64,000 nucleotides of DNA from assembly GCA_951406725.2 (NCBI GenBank), contig OX597817.1:10850001-10914000 (forward strand), given 5' to 3'. Position 1 is the stretch's first letter; every line of letters starts with the position of its first letter. Origin of the DNA: Octopus vulgaris. Taxonomy: Eukaryota. Positions 39,437 through 51,822 of the stretch are shown here, one piece after another. A program made the position numbers and the translations under genes. The notes under the pieces were generated by a model. That model was given only the letters and a program-made list of their open reading frames with translations. It had not been told where the DNA came from and ran no database searches.

Positions 39437-40650
39437 TTCATTATAAATTAAGCTTTTCTTAAAAACGCCAAATGCAACCCATAACTGCTGTATTAATTAA
39501 TGATTATCTGTCTTCACTTATCCACTTTAACCTTTTGATTGTTGTTACCTAGTAGTCTTCTTTGATGATGTGAGTGAGCAAGCAACATCACAGCAATCTA
39601 AATACAACTTAGAGTTAATGAATGCATAAGATAGTTCTTCTCCGATTCTTGATGCAGTAGAAGTGTTTTTACAACCTAATTGCCATCAACTGATGAAATA
39701 TTTATTGTAAGGCAGTGAGCTGCATATTTTAACCGAATTTGTCCTTTGTATTAAGAATGTTGTTGGGTCAGTCAAGCTAGAGAAATATTTCTATGTATGT
39801 ATATATGTCTTTATATAGCCTGTAGTAAGTTGACTGTCATTTTAGGAGCATGTGAATTCTGATACTTATACTTAGGGAGGGTGGGATGAAAACAGGATCT
39901 TCAGTCACTAGTGTAGGAATTTTGGGTTTATCTGTCCATGAAAGAACTAGATAACTATGATATCAGTTTATTTTCTTTTTTTTTTTGTTGTTCTTTTGGT
40001 GCTGTTTGCAAGTGTTTTTTTTTTTTTTCTTATCACTGAGGTGGTGTGTATGTTGATGTGGGGATGCAATAGATAACTAACCAGCTGTTAAAAGTGCTAA
40101 TTATATTAAGCAAGTCCTAACATCCAGAGATTCTCTTTCTCATCTGGCTACCTTTGATATGTTTAGTAGAGCCAACTACATTAAGAGGACATTATTTTAG
40201 AATTTATTCCAGCTGTTCTTTATTCAAGTCTGAAAGAGCCAACTGTTAGAAGTGATGACACTCTCATTGTTGATTGTGTCCAGTCCATATGTGCAATTTC
40301 AGTCTTGACCTATCCTTGTCACCTCATTAAGTAATAACTATAGCATTTCTCTTGCTATAACAAAATAAAATTAAAAAAACAAACAGAGCTTTTGATAAGC
40401 TCGTCTTCCTTTGCTTTAATCTGTGAATGTTTATCAGCAAGTAATATTTTGAAATTTAGTACCAGCAGATGTACTTTTTCTTTTTCTTAAAATATTTTCC
40501 TTTTTTTTCCCCCCACTAAATATCAAATATGATGTAAATGCTTCTTGGGCACCATGGGGACTTTTAGGAGTTAGTACTTGACTCCAGTTTTCTGACTCAG
40601 AGATTAGACATGTGGAAGATAACCCTCTTATTGAGTAAAGCTGCTTTTTT

Positions 40651-40878
40651 TTAACCCTTTAGCATTCAAACCGGCCGTATCCGGCCCAAAGTATTCTGCC
40701 TGTTTTATGTTCAAACTGGCCAGATCTGGTCTCGTACCAGCCCTACAATATCGTTTTAAAAATTAACAGCTACCACATCAAAATCTCAAAGCTACAAGAT
40801 TAATGCCTGATTAGTTCAAGGCAATGTGGATAAAAAGGGATTAATTTTGGCAGAATAATGCGAACACTAAAGGGTTAA
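40651..40878. mobile_element. MITE family D
   Basis: Same TIRs and TTAA flanks. Confidence 0.88.
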
Positions 40879-41239
40879 ACATGGCTAACATTCTCATGTG
40901 ATCAGGTACCTATTCCCCAAACTTGCTATTGTAATGTAGAGTGTATCCCTAACTTCAAAAAACACCATCCCTGGAGGTTTGAACTTGCATCTTATGAACA
41001 AGCAGTTCGATAACTTATCTCTTTGACCATTTTGCTGCTTTACATTAACTTCTTTGTGATGTACAAAGATTTACAGTTGAACTTCACCGGTCTTTATAAT
41101 ATCCAAGAGTATATTCCAGTATATTAGTTCAAGTTCATCTTGATTGTCTGAAGTGTTTTTCTTAACTAAGTCCGACAATGTTGACATTTTGTACTACAAG
41201 CTAAAATAGCATCATACCAAGATGACTAACTCACTATTA

Positions 41240-41645
41240 TACTCTTACTCTTTACTCTTTTACTCGTTTCAGTCATTTGACTGCGGCCATGCTGGAGCAC
41301 CGCCTTTAGTCGAGCAGATCTACCCCAGGACTTATTCTTTGTAAGCCCAGTACTTATTCTATCGGTCTCTTTTGCCGAACCGCTAAGTGACGGGGACGTA
41401 AACACACCAGCATCGGTTGTCAAGCAATGCTAGGAGGACAAACACAGACACACAAACACACACATACATATATATATATACATATATATGACAGGCTTCT
41501 TTCAGTTTCCGTCTACCAAATCCACTCACAAGGCATTGATTGGCCCGGGGCTATAGCAGAAGACACTTGCCCAAGATGCCACGCAGTGGGACTGAACCCG
41601 GAACCATGTGGCTGGTTAGCAAGCTACTTACCACACAGCCACTCA
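41240..41645 (-). mobile_element. SINE family A (near full length)
   Basis: Similarity to the other copies. Confidence 0.9.
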
Positions 41646-42075
41646 GCATTATACACTCTTCCGCTCTTGTCATGGAGACTACATAACTAAAGCCTTTTTT
41701 AAATCATTACAAATACTAAGCCTCTTCACAATAACTGACAATTCTTCGTTGTGATATTATATCTCCAACATAATAAAAAAAATCCATCTCAAAAGTGGTC
41801 TTAAGACCCGGAGACAGTTCAGCTCTCAACAGTTGTTGATATTTTATAAAGCTCAAGTGAAATCAATGAATTAATACTCCCAATCTGTGGAGATGCTATT
41901 GGTAAAGTCACTCATCAGCGGTCCAACCTATAGTGCACATATCTACTGTCTTTTCACTCTGCCTTTTCTACTGTACTTCTTAGAGTTGGCTGGTATTGTG
42001 CCATCTCCACCTAGGTCCATCTATCTCTTCTTTTCACCATCCATTTTGTCTTCCTCCAACCCCTTGACTATACAT

Positions 42076-42297
42076 CTATTTCTTTACTACCCACAAGGGG
42101 CTAAACACAGAGGAGACAAACAAGGACAAACGGATTAAGTCGATTACATCGACCCCAGTGTGTAACTGGTACTTAATTTATCGACCCCGGAAGGATGAAA
42201 GGCAAAGTCGACCTTGGCAGAATTTGAACTCGGATTGTAACGGCAGACGGCAACGCATTTCGCCCGGCATGCTAACGTTTCTGCCAGCTCAACGCCT
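42076..42297 (-). mobile_element. SINE family B (full length)
   Basis: Similarity to the other copies. Confidence 0.88.
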
Positions 42298-42768
42298 TGA
42301 CTGTATATAATTATGCCTTCCTAGAATGTTAACCCATCTAGAATTCCCTTCTTGCCCATATTTTCCTCTAGTTGTAGCCCTGCAAGTGTTCATCTAACTA
42401 CGTAGGTGTCTCATTGTTGACACAAGCAGCAAGCTGTATAGTGGTTCATGCTTGCAGTACTTGACTCAATTAATTCCACAGGAGAAATAACCTGTGGTAG
42501 ACTAGTGTCTGATCCAAGGAGGTGTATCTCTCATCTGTTAAATAAATCTGCTGTTGTATGGATCTTTGGAAAGAAGTAAGGTTTTTTTAGCTTTAATATC
42601 AGTGATGGTAAATACCCTGTCTCAGCTTTGACATTGTATGTTCCCTGTTTAAATGAGAAATAAAGAAACCCCTCTTCGCTATTATCCAATTGTGTACAGT
42701 GATGCTATCTTGAAGTTGATTTTACTGTCTGACAAACTAGCAGTTAATTTGATTCACTGTAGCAGCAT

Positions 42769-43020
42769 TCATCATCATCATCATCATCGTTTAACGTCCG
42801 TTTTCCGCACTAGCACGGGTTGGACGGTTCAACCAGGGTCTGGGAAGCCAGAAGGCTGCACCAGGCTCCAGTCTGATCTGGCAGTGTTTCTACAGCTGGA
42901 TGCCCTTCCTAACGCCAACCACTCTGCGAGTGTAGTGGGTGCTTTTTACGTGCCACCGGCACAGGTGCCAGGGAAGTCTGGCAGCGGCCCCAATCAGTTG
43001 GTGCTTTTAACGTGCCACCA
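42769..43020 (-). mobile_element. Retroposon family C
   Basis: (CAT)n start, core and repeat units on the + strand. Confidence 0.87.
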
Positions 43021-44783
43021 TGAAAAAGTAATACTATTAAAATTCCTCTTTCCTACTCTCTGTTATGTTAAATCTAAAATGAATTTCATCTCCTGTTTGA
43101 CATGTTAATCTAATTTTAGCAGTACATCTTCTTTTTCTCAAACTTACATTCAAGAATTATTGTAAGTATAAGCAATCATATAGTTACAGAAAAATTGTTG
43201 CTGCAGTTGGACCCCTTGGCAGTTCACTGGTTCTTCTTATAAATCAAAAAAAAACTAAGAGATGGAAGAGATTGCTAATGTGGTTTATTTATTACTATCA
43301 ACCATGCTGTTCAGTTGCAATGAACTCTATCCACCTTCTATTTCATTAAGTAATTGTGTCCTGAACCAGCAATATTGATTTTTGAGGAGTCATCTCTCTC
43401 TAGTTGTTATTGATATTGTTGTTAAATAAGCTGTGTGAAGTCTTTTTGAACTGATAGAGCTTCAAATATTGGTGGAAATTCATAACCCAAGCATGCTTGC
43501 TTGGCTACACTCTATGGTACAATATCCATTGCATATTTTGTTGTGTGTTTTTGTTTCTTTGTAAGTAGCAAGTAAAAGGATTAGTTCTAGTTTACTCACC
43601 ATCGTCAATTTAATGGATTTATTTTATTTCCCCCTTCTCATTGTAACGTGAGAAAGATCAGTTTTAAAGCATAGTTCTGTTTTAAAATCAGTTCTGAAAG
43701 AACAGCCACTTATGTTTTCATTATATTAAACTAAAAAACAGCTGCAAAAATTAAACAAAATTTATATTTTCACTTGAACTAAGTTGCAATGGAATTTATT
43801 GCAATTTGAAGCACTAGTTGTGAGTATGGAAAACTTCAGTGTTAAGAGTTAGCACAACAAAATAAGTACAAATAAATAAAACTTCCTAACAGTTAAGTGA
43901 TTGCAATGTTCTTTATAAAACTCCTTTACAACTTTGGTCAATTGTCTTTCCCTCCTAAATCTTTTTGATGATTCTGTTCCCATGGTGAAAGACATTTTCA
44001 CTTACACTGGCCATTATTTAAAAAAATTTAACTGTCAAGGTTTTTAACTACTCTAAATTACTGAAGTTACCAAAGTCTCTGGCCCTGCATCTTTTCTGTT
44101 ACTCTGAGTCAATGCATCACTCTGTTGGCACTTACCCCAACTAAGCTTTTCAACTTTTTCCTTTTCATTTAACAACATTCAGTATGTAAGATTTTCTTGT
44201 CTACTTGAGCCCACTCTGATGTCTCTAGTTATTCTGCCTCAGTACTTCATGCCATCTAAAACTTCACATTCTGTATCCCAAAAAGCTTTACACTTGTACA
44301 AACAATCAACACACAAAACAGTGAAGCTATTGAAATTGAACACTTTGTTGTTTGATGTGCACACCCATGGCTGCAAACATTTGCAATGTTTTACGGCTAG
44401 TAAGACCCTTTACTCATGCATAATATTACAGAAAAATGAATATTTTATTTGATCCAATCACAAAGCACACTGAAATTAACTGTGACTTTCTTTACTTTTA
44501 TGGGTCCAAATACTTGGGTAAGCTGCTAATCTTTAATTGTCAAGGAACTGAAAGTCACATGCCAAGTGATTGTTTTCTCTTCTGTCTCACAACCACCTGT
44601 TTTACTGCTGATAACTAAGAGGGTATACAGAGGTTACAGATGACATCTCGTTCTCAGATAGCAATTTAATTAAAAAGGAAGACATTACAGTTGCAATTAC
44701 TAACTAGTAGACATTAAGTACTTCGCAAATTTGGTGGCATTAAAGGACTTATGTTTAGAGTGTCTTTTGAAAATGCTCAGACA

Positions 44784-45171
44784 TACTCTTACTCTTTTAC
44801 TTGTTTCAGTCATTTGACTGCGGCCATGCTGGAGCACCGCTTTTAATCAAGCAACTCGACCCCGAGACTTATTCTTTTGTAAGCCCACTACTTATTCTAT
44901 CGGTCTCCTTTGCCGAACCGCTAAGTAACGGGGACATAAGCACACCAGCATCGGTTGTCAAGCAATGCTAGGGAGACAAACACACACATATATATATATA
45001 CATAAATATGATGGGCTTCTTTCAGTTTCCGTCTACCAAATCCACTCACAAGGCTTTGTTCGGCCCGAGGCTATAGTAGAAGACACTTGCCCAAGGTGCC
45101 ACACAGTGGGACTGAACCCGGAACCATGTGGTTGGTAAGCAAGCTACTTACCACACAGCCACTCCTGCGCC
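44784..45171 (-). mobile_element. SINE family A (full length)
   Basis: Similarity to the other copies. Confidence 0.9.
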
Positions 45172-45663
45172 TGTTGACAATTGCCAAACATCATAACCAT
45201 TTTACTATTAATTTTAGAATTTTCATTTTATTGGTCAAATTAATTATAATCTGATCTAAGATATCACTATTATTACAGCTTTTTGACTATAAGGCTGAAC
45301 TCTGACTCATTCTCAATATGAACTGTAAAAAGGGAATTTGTTTGAATCAAACCAGTTTTTGTTAAACAAATTAACCCTGGTCTGCTATTTTCATTACAGT
45401 ATTATTTGATTAGTGTTTTAGATGATGTCATATTTTGATTGTGGATATGCTAAATGAAGATGGCATACCCAGAATCTTCATAAATACGTGATTAGAATTT
45501 TTCAGAGATTTCAGACAAGAAATTTTGAAACTTATAGATTTTTCTGTTTAAGTACTAGGGAATTACTTGACATAAACGTTTGAAGTGGGGCAAATCACAT
45601 CATCAGAGCAATGTGATAGAAGTAAGAATTTCTGACATAGGTACAAGTTAGGAAGGTCGAGTT

Positions 45664-46299
45664 CAGTGTTTCTCAACCGTTTTTTTTTACTTATGGACCC
45701 CTTTGATTCTTGTTTCCCTTGGATGTATTCTCAACCATTTGACATTTTAAAAAAAATCCTATATTTTTATAATCTTTATATATAAAAGAGAGGTTGTGTG
45801 CTGTCTGTCTCCTACGATTTAGATTCCTAACTACTCCCACATTTTGCGGTGCAGTTTAACCAAAACCGGGTATCTTATAGTCGTGATTCATATTGAGCCC
45901 TTCTGGGTATTAGCGTGCGTCTACGATGAGTCTGCGATTTAAAAAAAAATTTACCATCATTTTTTTTCCATTTTAATGCATTTTTTCGCTATTATATAAG
46001 GGAAGTAACTCTCTAAAAATGTCTATGATGAGTCAACGATTTTAAAAAATATTTACCATCATTTTTTTCCCATTTTTAATGCATTTTTTTGCTATTTTTT
46101 GGCTATAACTCTCTAAAAATGCTTATATAGTTATTTCCCTTACAAACCCGAGCAACGCCGGGCGATACTGCAAGTTAAATATAATTAGGAATCCTATAAG
46201 GAAAATTAAAATATTTTATGTATTGTTGAAGTATAACCAATTTATTCTACGTAAATTTTAACGACAAAATCTTGTATGGATCCCATTTGAGAACCACTG
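45664..46299. mobile_element. hAT (Charlie-like) MITE interrupted by a Helitron
   Basis: TIRs CAGTGTTTCTCAA / TTGAGAACCACTG; 8 bp flanks GTCGAGTT and GTCTAGCT (6 of 8 identical). Confidence 0.78.
45773..46174 (+). mobile_element. Non-autonomous Helitron, second subfamily (same 3' end, different 5' body)
   Basis: A|TCTTTATATATAAAAG start; CCCGAGCAACGCCGGGCGATACTGCAAG|T end (CTAG mutated to CAAG). Confidence 0.82.
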
Positions 46300-46782
46300 G
46301 TCTAGCTAATTCAGTTGGATGCATTGTTTGGACAGGTGCTTTTATTTTATCAACCCTAGAAAGAAATGATTAATGGTGGTGGAGAGAGGAAGCTTTTGTA
46401 GAAGAAACCTGGACTGGTGAGGTGAGGAGAGGAGTTCAATCCTCTCCACTTACCTAGAAGTTTCAAGCACCTAGTATAGAGTAGTTTGTCAAGTTGTTCA
46501 CTTATTTTATCTGGTGATTTAGATTGTAGTTATCTTGCATTCAAGCTAGACGTTCCGAATATCCCTCTTGTGTTTCACTTCGTTTGAGTGTGCTTAGCGA
46601 TTGCATTCTCATTTTTAAAAACGTGCATGCTGGTATGTCTGCAAGTTTTCGCAAATACACATGTATTATGCATATATTTGACAATTGATTGTATCTGTCT
46701 CTTTACTACAAAATACACACTCATCATAACTGATTTTGTTTGCTCTGTTCACATTTTGTATCTGTATTTTTGTATCTGTCAA

Positions 46783-47229
46783 TACTCTTTACTCTTTTAC
46801 TTGTTTCAGTCATTTGACTGCGGCCATGCTGGAGCACCGCCTTTAGTCGAGCTAATCGACCCCGGGACTTATTCTTTGTAAGCCCAGTACTTATTCTATT
46901 GGTCTCTTTTGCCGAACCGCTAAGTGACGGGGACGTAAACACACCAGCATCGGTTGTCAAGCAATGCTAGGGGGACAAACACACACACACACACACATAT
47001 ATACTGTGATACTTTGATAGGTTTCGGACATTATTGGCCCAGGCCATGTCTAACTTAATAGCACCACGACAGGCTTCTTTCAATTTCCGTCTACCAAATC
47101 CACTCACAAGGCATTGGTCGGCCCGGGGCTATAGCAGAAGACACTTGCCCAAGATGCCAAGCAGTGGGACTGAACCCGGAACCACGTGGTTGGTTAGCAA
47201 GCTACTTACCACACAGCCACTCCTGCGCC
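46783..47229 (-). mobile_element. SINE family A carrying a ~60 bp foreign insert
   Basis: Both halves match the family; 47005-47065 is absent from every other copy. Confidence 0.9.
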
Positions 47230-49849
47230 TATGTTTATATAATGTTCTTATGTTTGATATAAATGTGGAATCACAACTCTTATTTTTAAAAATACTTTTT
47301 CTGGATTTGACATCTGTCAGATGGTTAATAAAATAGATTTTATAAAATAATTGGTATGAAATTACTGAAGGACATAAATATCAAATCTTGAATGTTGTGT
47401 AATGTGTATGTCGCTTTGGATTCTACTTTTCTTTTAGTTTCTTCAACCCACACTGTGGTCTGAATTATAAAATTTTGGTTCATTTTCTGTTTTTTAAATA
47501 GAACCAATAAAAATATACAAACGTATTTTCTTCTACTGCCACACCATCGCTACAGTCTTTTGCATTGGACGTATTTCTGTCAGGCTGATAATAATTATGA
47601 ATTGCAGCTTTTAAAATATGATTGGTATATTATAAAGTGGGTTTTAATAGCTCTTCTGCACTCTGCCTATCTCTCTTTCCCCCTCTAAGGGTTACACATC
47701 CTTATAGATAGTGAACTCTCTAAAAACAAACTTTCTAGTGACATTATATATATTTTCCTCGTATTAATTATTGACTCATCTTTAACAATATAATGTTTCT
47801 CCTCAATATTTTGAAATTATGTTCCTGTTTGTTTGTGCCACAAACCTAAACTGCATGGTCTATTTGTAGTAGAAGTGCTGGTAATGAATGTATCTAGCAC
47901 CCTTCTTTCTCTGTTCAGTAACAGGTCAAGGACTCTGACCTTGTTCAGTTGCCCTCTCATTTAAAGAGATAATATGGTATGTGTTGGTATGCAGTAAATA
48001 TGGCCTTGTGACCATGTGTGGAATAGTCAGTGCTGGAATGCCAACCAGCAGCATCACCATCACTACCACCACCACCACCACAACCATCACCACTATCTGA
48101 CTAGATAGCTGGAAAAAAATCACTATTATCAGCATGTAACAGAGTGGAGGGCTGCTATAATGCTGTATAGAGTGTAGCTTGTTTTACTACTCTCATCTTC
48201 AACAGATGAATTGAATAGGTTTAATCTTGACATCTGTAAGACTTCACTGGTTTTTATGTATTTTAGTTTTTCCAATAATACATTCCACTTCAGTATCAAT
48301 ATTTAACTGTGCCATTTATTTCAGGTTTCTGATTTAGGCACAGGGCCAGCTAATTTGAAGGAAGTTGATACCTGAAATCCCAGTACTCGTCTAATACCTT
48401 ATTTTGTCGATTCTGAAAGGATGAAAAGCAAAAATTGACCTAATAATAAAAATAATTATGTATTAGATAGCATAATGCCAAAATTTATTAGATGGCTCAG
48501 CGCCAAATGCTGTGGCAAAGAAGGAAATGTTTTTCACTTTACCCTATGAAAATGCTATAAACTGAGTTCCATTTAATATCAGGATGATTACTACATCCAG
48601 GAAGGAAAGAACTGAAGAATATTTGCTTACCGTTTCCTTTTTTGCTTTCCCATAATAATAATAATATTAAAGATATTTTCACTTAATAGGATTAATTAGA
48701 TATTCTTTTGATGGAACTACTTGGAGTCTGGAATTATGATTTTAGCATTTGTTAAATATGAGGGGAAATGAACTGTATTCCACTCATGAGTAATGAAAAA
48801 ACCCCTGCCATCACGCCACCAAATGTAGATCTATTAATAGATTGTCTGAACCATTGAGTAAATGTATTTCTTCAGCTATATTCCATCAAGTGAGCAAAAT
48901 GAAATTTCAGCTCTGTAGGTCTTAAGTGTGATTTACTATGCTGCTTCTGTACCAGTTGGTATCAATTAAAATCCCTAGATATGATTTAAATACTACGGGG
49001 TTTTTTTTTGTGGGTTTTTTTTTTGGGTTTTTTTTTTTTTTTTTAAAGCTTGTAACATTGCATTAATAGTCTAAATTAAAACCTGCACTTATTAAATAAA
49101 GACGACTAATTCTACCAGTAATTGGAGGGTCTGTATTTCTTTCTGCTGAATGTGAAAATACCTAGTTCTCTCTCTTTCTTTCCTCTTTTTCTCTTCTCAT
49201 ATACTGCTTCCTTTTTTTTTTTTTTTTTTTGGTTTTTTGTATGTAAATTTTTTTTTTCATCTTGACTCCATGGGTTTTCTCACTGTTTAATTTTCCAGTG
49301 TTTCTCTAATCCCTTCCCCACTCATCTATCATTAAACTGATTTATATATACACCGACGACCTTTTAGAAAATGTCAAGCAATCATTCTATCAGTGTGTCT
49401 AATATTTATTTTACTCCCACCTTTCCCTTCATCAATCATCTCTCCTGCGCACCAGTGCCCTTATCTCAAACATTCCCTTACCACACAATCACACCCATTA
49501 CTGTATATCTTTTCTCAGCCTCAGCATGAGGAATCATGTCACTAATGAGCTATTTTCATGTTAATCTGTTATGTAACTGTTGGACAGAGCAACCTTTTAC
49601 CTTCCTTACTTCTTCTATTAGCTGACAACAGCATAGTTGTATGCAACAAGTCATACATTACAGAGTTTTAAGTTTATTCTTTACATATGTGAAATGTTAA
49701 AAATTCTTCAGTTACGTCATCATAGCTCTGCACAGTTTCATCTTGGATGAAGACGGCTGGTGCCAAGCTATTTTTATTCATTTCATTTTAACCCTTTCGT
49801 TACTGTATTTCTGTTGAGATGCTCTGTGTTTCTTTCAATTACTTTAAAT

Positions 49850-50250
49850 TACTCTTTACTCTTTTACATGTTTCAGTCATTTGACTGCGGCCATGCTGGA
49901 GCACCGCCTTTAGTCGAGCAAATCGACCCCGGGACTTATTCTTTTTTAAGCCCAGTACTTATTCTATCGGTCTCTTTTGCCGAACCGCTAAGTAACGGGG
50001 ACGTAAACACACCAGCATTGGTTGTCAAGCAATGCTCGGGGGACAGACACACAAACACGCATATATATATATATATACACATATATACGACAGGCTTCTT
50101 TCAGATTCCGTCTACCAAATCCACTCACAAGGCTTTGGTCGGCCCGAGGCTATAATAGAAGACACTTGCCCAAGGTGCCACACAGTGGGACTGAACCCAG
50201 AACCATATGGTTGGTAAACAAGCTACTTACCACACAGCCACTCCTGCGCC
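49850..50250 (-). mobile_element. SINE family A (full length) between 151 bp direct repeats
   Basis: Similarity to the other copies; 49686-49836 is repeated at 50251-50401. Confidence 0.9.
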
Positions 50251-50479
50251 TATGTGAAATGTTAAAAATTCTTCAGTTACGTCATCATTGCTCTGCACAG
50301 TTTCATCTTGGATGAAGATGGCTGGTGCCAAGCTATTTTTATTCATTTCATTTTAACCCTTTCATTACTGTATTTCTGTTGAGATGCTCTGTGTTTCTTT
50401 CCATAGAAACTTTCTAGCATATAGAGAAAATGAATGTATTATAAACCACATTACACAAACACAGAAAATATTAAGTGTA

Positions 50480-50690
50480 GGCGTAGGAGTGGCTGTGTGG
50501 TAAAGTAGCTTGCTTGCAAACCACATGGTTCCAGGTTCAGTCCCACTGTGTGGCACCTAGGGCAATTGTCTTCTATAGCCTTGGGCTGACCAAAGTCTTG
50601 TGAATGGGTTTGGTAGACGGAAACTGATAGAAGTCCGTTGTATATATGTATATATATATATGGATGTGTGTGTGTATATGTTTGTTTCTG
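50480..50690 (+). mobile_element. SINE family A, 5' half
   Basis: Head through to the internal microsatellite. Confidence 0.82.
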
Positions 50691-51106
50691 CTTATAAAAA
50701 GTGTTGACAGATTCAGGTGTGGTTACACTTTGTACTTTTGAGCATTAGTTGAGCATTCAGTTTTTCATTTTCATAGAAACTTTCTAGCATATAGAGAAAA
50801 TGAATGTATTATAAACCAGACAGAAAATATTAAGTGACTTTCGACTTTTGCTGATGTTTGAAGCAGACCATCAGTGAAATTTTTTGAAACTTTAATTACT
50901 CTTCGTAAAACTAATTTTTTTATTCTCTATAATTGTGGTGAGTGATTTTTCACTTTGTTTCAATGTTTCTACATATACTTATTGACTAAGATAGATTTCA
51001 CATTGGTTAATACAAATGGATTTGATTGGTGACACTGCCAACCACATAACCAATCACAACCACTTCACTAATCACACATCCAATTAAAAGCTGCTCTGCC
51101 CAGCAT

Positions 51107-51345
51107 AGGTACAGATGTGGCCGTGTGGTACAAAGTTTGCTTCCTAACTACATGGTTCTGGGTTCAGTTCCACTGCATGGCACTTTGGGAAAGAACCTTC
51201 TACTATAGCCTGGAGCCGACCAAAGTCTTGTTAGTGAATTTGATAGACAGAAACTGAAATAAGGCCATTTATTTGTGTGTGCATGCGCACTTATGCTTGG
51301 TAACTTAGCAGTTCAACAAAATAGGTCAATAGAAATACCAGGCTA
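51107..51345 (+). mobile_element. SINE family A-related, old copy
   Basis: Diverged head GGTTCAGTTCCACTG...GAAACTGAAA. Confidence 0.7.
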
Positions 51346-51775
51346 AAAAAAAAAAAGAAAAGCCTGGCTGCACTAAAACAAATGAAAGAATGAGAGAAAC
51401 ACCTTTATATTCTAAACAACTACTCCATTTCATTAACTTTGCTTTCCTCTCCCTGGGGTCAATAAATAAAGTACCTGTCATGTGTTGGAGATAATGTAAT
51501 TGACTAAACTCCAGCCCCATTCCAAATTTCGAGCTTTGTACCCTAATTAAAAATTATTTCAGACTCTTTGGCATTTGATGAACATCAATTGTATGAAACA
51601 CTTAGGTATAGGGAAATAATCACTCTACCTGCACGATTAAATTCTTCATCTCATTTTGTGAACAGTAGTGCTGTTTATAGGTTATGATGATGATGATGAG
51701 AAATGATAAAGGGGTATCAGTGCAACTTAGGCAGAACAAGTATTTTTGTTTGAAGGCATTGGTTTTACTGGTTGT

Positions 51776-51822
51776 CTGCTGCTGATGAAGAGCAAACTTG
51801 CTGAAATCATGTGATCTAGCAG
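51776..51822 (+). ncRNA. Candidate minimal type I hammerhead ribozyme motif
   Basis: CTGCTG-CTGATGA-AGAGCAAACTTGCT-GAAA-TCATGTGA-TC-TAGCAG: both core boxes in order, three possible helices and an AUC cleavage triplet. Read by eye; not tested. Confidence 0.5.

Noticed and set aside
42653-43108. ORFs with HHHHH...QSDLAVFLQLDALPNANHS (also 5824, 13296, 31259, 56225, 62575)
   Set aside because: Antisense translations of retroposon family C; the His runs are the (GAT)n tail.
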